From: an uncultured Acidobacteriota bacterium
GTDB lineage: Bacteria > Acidobacteriota > Thermoanaerobaculia > UBA5066
Assembly: GCA_963779415.1 (NCBI GenBank)
Contig: CAVZYA010000002.1
Location: 96,001 to 160,000, forward strand
Reading direction: 5' to 3'
DNA length: 64,000 nucleotides
The notes under the pieces are model-generated. The model was given only the letters and a program-made list of their open reading frames with translations, did not search any database and had not been told where the DNA came from. Made by a program: the position numbers and the translations under genes. Positions 60,854 to 64,000 of this stretch are shown here, piece by piece. How positions within the stretch are numbered: the stretch's first letter is position 1; the number at the start of each line of letters is the position of its first letter.

Positions 60854-62074
60854 ATGAGAACCCGCGCTTTCACCCTGCTGACACTCCTCGTCCTCGCTGC
60901 CGGAGCCGCGCGGGCAGAGACGGACGCCGCGCCGACCGAGAAGCCGAAGCCGCGGATGGAGATCTACGGCTTTGCGCAGGCCGACTTCATTTACGACTTC
61001 AGACAGGTTGATCCCGACTGGTACGACGTCCTCCGGACGACGAAGCTGCCGTCGTACGAGAACCAGTTCGGAGGGGACGGCAACTTCTGGGCGAGCGTCC
61101 GGCAGACCCGCTTCGGCGTGAAAGGATGGATCCCGACGTCTCTCGGCGAGGTGAAGACGATCTTCGAGTTCGAGCTCTTCGGCGTGGGAGTGGACGCCGG
61201 CCAGACGACGATCCGCCTGCGCCACGCGTGGGGAGAGCTGAACGCGTTCGGTGCGGGCCAGACCTGGAGCCCCTTCATGGACCCCGACGTCTTCCCCAAC
61301 CAGCTCGAGTACTGGGGCCCGACCGGAATGCCGTTCTTCCGGAACGTCCAGATCCGCTGGATGCCGCTTCGCGGCGACGACGAGCTCTACATCGCCCTCG
61401 AACGGCCCGGGGCCAGCGGCGACGGCGGGATTTACGCGGACCGCGTGGCGATCCAGAACATCAAGATCCGGACGCCGTGGCCCGACCTCTCGGCTCATTA
61501 CCGCCTGAACCGGGACTGGGGCCACGTCCAGTTCTCGGGCATTCTGCGGTCCATCAAGTGGGATGACACGCAGCCCGACTCGTTCGATCTTTCGGGGAGC
61601 GCGACGGGGTGGGGCCTCCACGTCTCGACCAATCTCAAGCCAGGCAAGGACGACGTCATCCGGGCCTCGGTCGTCTACGGGGAAGGCGTCGAGAACTACA
61701 TGAACGACGCCCCGATCGACATCGGCGTCGAGAACAACTTCAGCGATCCGAGGAAACCGGTCGTGGGCAAGGCGCTGCCGGTCCTCGGGATCGTCGCGTT
61801 CCTCGACCACAACTGGAGCCCGAAATTCTCGACGGCGGTCGGGTATTCCTACGAGCACATCTCGAACACCGACGCGCAAACCCCGAGCAGCTTCCAGTGG
61901 AGCCACTACGCCCTCGCGAACCTCCTCTACACGCCCGTGCCCGGCGTCATGGCAGGCGCGGAGTTCCAGTGGGGCCAGCGGCACAACTTCAGTGACGGCT
62001 TCGTGGCCGACGATTACCGGATCCAGGTCTCGTGCAAGTACAACTTCTCCTTCATGCTCGGAGGTAAGAAGTAG
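60854..62074 (+). CDS. DcaP-family outer-membrane channel
   Basis: Signal peptide, IYGFAQAD, RQTRFG, RLRHAW, GQTWSPFMD and RNVQIRW; beta-barrel ending in YNF. Confidence 0.8.
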   Translation: MRTRAFTLLTLLVLAAGAARAETDAAPTEKPKPRMEIYGFAQADFIYDFRQVDPDWYDVLRTTKLPSYENQFGGDGNFWASVRQTRFGVKGWIPTSLGEVKTIFEFELFGVGVDAGQTTIRLRHAWGELNAFGAGQTWSPFMDPDVFPNQLEYWGPTGMPFFRNVQIRWMPLRGDDELYIALERPGASGDGGIYADRVAIQNIKIRTPWPDLSAHYRLNRDWGHVQFSGILRSIKWDDTQPDSFDLSGSATGWGLHVSTNLKPGKDDVIRASVVYGEGVENYMNDAPIDIGVENNFSDPRKPVVGKALPVLGIVAFLDHNWSPKFSTAVGYSYEHISNTDAQTPSSFQWSHYALANLLYTPVPGVMAGAEFQWGQRHNFSDGFVADDYRIQVSCKYNFSFMLGGKK

Positions 62075-62082
62075 TGCGTACC

Positions 62083-63106
62083 ATGTCGATCCTCCGCGCC
62101 CTCGGCCTGGCCGCCGTCTCGGCAGCTCTCGTCCTCGCCGCCCCCGCCCCGGCCCAGACTCCCGACGAGATCCAGAAAGCGGTGAACGCGGCCTACGAGA
62201 AGTACAAGGACCTCAAGGAAGGGAGAACGCCGACTACATCCCGGCCCTCGCCAAGGTCGACCCGAAGATCTACGGCATCGCGCTCGTGACGCCGGACGGC
62301 AAGGTCTACACCGCCGGCGACGTCACGTCCGAGGTCTCGATCCAGTCCATCTCGAAGGTCTTCACGATGGCGAAGGTCATCGAGGAGCAGGGCCTCGACG
62401 CGATCGTCAAGACGATCGGCGTCGACGCGACCGGGATGCGGTTCAACTCGATCGTCGCGGTCGAATTCGCCAAGAAGACGCTCGGGGGACCCGAAATCAA
62501 CCCCCTCGTGAATCCGGGAGCCATCACGGCGACGAGCATGCTGAAGGGCACGACGCCGCGACGAGATCTGGAAGGGCCTCCTCGCGACCTACTCCGACTT
62601 CGCGGGGCGCCCGCTTTCCGTGAACCAGGAAGTCTTCAAGTCCGAGTCGGAGACGAACCAGCGCAACCAGGCCATCGGCTACCTGATGTACGCCTACGAG
62701 TACATCAAGTCCGACCCGATGCGCGCGACGGACATCTACACCGAGCAGTGCTCCGTGAACGTCAACGCGAAGGACCTCGCGACGATGGCCGCGACGCTCG
62801 CCAACGGCGGGAAGAACCCGCTGACCGGCAAGCAGGTCATGAAGACCGCGAACGTCCCGGGGATCCTCGCCGTGATGGCGACGGCCGGCCTTTACGACAA
62901 CTCGGGCAAGTGGCTCTACGCGACCGGGCCTGCCGGCCAAGAGCGGCGTGGGGGGCGGCATCATCGCCGTCGCGCCGGGCAAGTTCGGGATCGCCGTGAT
63001 CTCGCCTCCTCTCGACGACGCCGGCAACAGCGTCCGCGCCCAGAAGGCCATCGCCGACATCTCGAACGCCCTGAAGGCCAACCCCCTCGCATCGACACCG
63101 CGTTGA
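62083..63106 (+). CDS. glsA: Glutaminase A with N-terminal signal peptide (frameshifts near 62224, 62560, 62928)
   Basis: [48 protein letters not shown] and PAKSGVGGG across successive frames. Confidence 0.9.
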
Positions 63107-63115
63107 AAGAGGTTC

Positions 63116-64000
63116 TTGCGGAGAAAGATCCCCCTTGACGCGTTGCCGGGCCGGACTGATCGCGCTGATTCTGTCGTTCTCCGCGGGACTTCCGGCGGGA
63201 GCCCAGGAGCCTCCGCCACCGTCTGAAAAGGCGGACGCGGCGCCCGCGGCCGAAGAAAAGGCCGAAGAGAAGACGACCCGTTGGGTCTACTCGTGGGACG
63301 GGTGGGAGGGTCTCCGCCTCGGATTGATCCGGAAAACGAGGTGGAAGAACCCGCCGGAGGTCTATGTCCTCGCGCCCAAAGGGCCAGACGCCGAGCCGCT
63401 CCTCGACTTCGAGGAGGTGAAGCTGACCTCCCGGATCGGCGTCCGGCTCGCGGGGGACGCCGCGGCCTTTCACACGACCGGGAGCCTGACGGACTTCGAC
63501 GACGGCGCGGACTTCAGGCGCGCCCGCCTCTTCCTCAACGGGGACTGGACCCTCGTCGTCCCGCTCGAGTACAGCATCGAGCTCGGCTACACCCCGAACA
63601 AGTTCGTTCTGAGCGATGCGTGGCTTCTCTTCCCGGAGCTGAAATACGTCGGACCGACCAAGCTCGGCCAGTTCCAGCCGCCTCAGGGCCTCGACGTCAT
63701 CAACAGCAGCTGGGCCATCACCTTCATGGAGCCGGCGGCGCCGCTTCAGGCCCTCGCGCCGGGAACCAACGCCGGCATCCAGGTGGGCCGGCCCGTTCTC
63801 GACAGCCGCGCGACCTGGTGGCTCGGAATCTTCGGGAACGGGGCCGGGGCCAAGGAGTACGGGCTCGTCGCGAGCAGCTATGGGAGCGTCATCGGCCGGG
63901 CCACGTGGCTCGCGATTCAGCAGGGCGGATCGGAAGAATCACCCGTGCCGCAGTTTCTCCATGTCGGGCTGAGCACGAACCTTCTCCTCACCTCGAGCGA
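63116..64000 (+). CDS. OprO/OprP-family porin (partial, runs off the window)
   Basis: Hand translation: signal peptide, DFRRARL, KLGQFQPPQGL and FMEPA. Confidence 0.7.

Overview
GC-rich bacterial chromosome segment. Gene content and style suggest an Acidobacteriota such as Thermoanaerobaculia, which is an inference. From left to right: an ECF sigma/NrsF-type anti-sigma/msrBA oxidative-repair unit; asnA; sppA with an atypical radical SAM gene; a signalling and stress block (PAS-LuxR, PAS kinase, Asp-less receiver, sigma54 activator, then Acg-like, RtcB plus archease, tandem USP, CBS, DHOD-like) carrying candidate sigma54 promoters and a shared upstream motif; rhlE; an SPFH plus Zn-ribbon pair; an S46 peptidase; nadCB; a solitary integron-like cassette; ruvAB; ppiD; a FecR-domain gene preceding mreBCD-mrdA-rodA-rng; a cluster of decayed attC sites and cassettes with no integrase in the window (CALIN-like); a TPP riboswitch-controlled TonB receptor; and a divergent ppk2 / aspA-DASS-aspT-ansB-dcaP-exported glsA-porin cluster for Asp/Asn/Gln uptake and deamidation that runs off the window. 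At least six genes carry frameshifts, most likely long-read consensus errors. No rRNA, tRNA, CRISPR array, integrase or transposase was recognised. All calls come from reading motifs by eye; no database searches were run.
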